The notes below the pieces were generated by a model that ran no database searches, was not told the origin of the DNA, and was given only the letters and a program-made list of their open reading frames with translations. Positions 63,861-64,000 of a stretch of DNA of 64,000 nt are shown in pieces. Both the position numbers and the translations under genes were made by a program. The stretch comes from Felis catus (taxonomy: Eukaryota): the NCBI RefSeq assembly GCF_018350175.1, contig NC_058368.1:25298001-25362000 (forward strand). The letters are read 5' to 3'. Numbering within the stretch: the stretch's first letter is position 1; every line of letters begins with the position of its first letter.

Positions 63861-64000
63861 ATATGATTGGGGCAAGAAGAAGATCAAGGTAAACAGGGAC
63901 ACCGTTTATAGTGCAATTCGGAGGAACGAGTCAGAGGAAGTCAGGTCCTTTGCTATTTAATTTTGACTTCTCTAAGAAGGAAGAGTGATCTCTGGATTGA

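Noticed and set aside
1..64000. tRNA genes, CRISPR arrays or a prokaryote-style operon
   Set aside because: The tRNA-like A/B boxes are SINE heads, the repeats are dispersed with TSDs rather than regularly spaced, and the DNA is mammalian.

Overview
Mammalian, feliform (cat-family) genomic DNA, judged from about 42 tRNA-derived Can-SINEs of the SINEC_Fc type and a cat-type L1 3' end. The first ~34 kb appears intergenic and holds SINEs, old L1/L2/MIR, MaLR LTRs, DNA-transposon relics and several CTCF-like motifs. From ~34.8 kb to the end lies the 5' part of a + strand gene that I identify as ERICH6B (FAM194B), based on recalled similarity to the human protein and not on a search. It has a CpG-rich promoter with a perfect RFX X-box, a probable non-coding first exon, and three coding exons that splice in frame (49527-49848, 56092-56137, 59777-59952). 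The gene continues beyond the window, and I could not place any further 5' UTR exon. The two most notable observations: (1) ERICH6B carries an in-frame stop and an apparent frameshift, each bypassed by a splice site, which could be splice rescue/intronisation, gene decay or assembly error; (2) a clear L1 3' transduction inserted at a target site already used by a SINE. I find no support for a new multi-gene system. Boundaries of old repeats are approximate and family names come from recalled consensus sequences.
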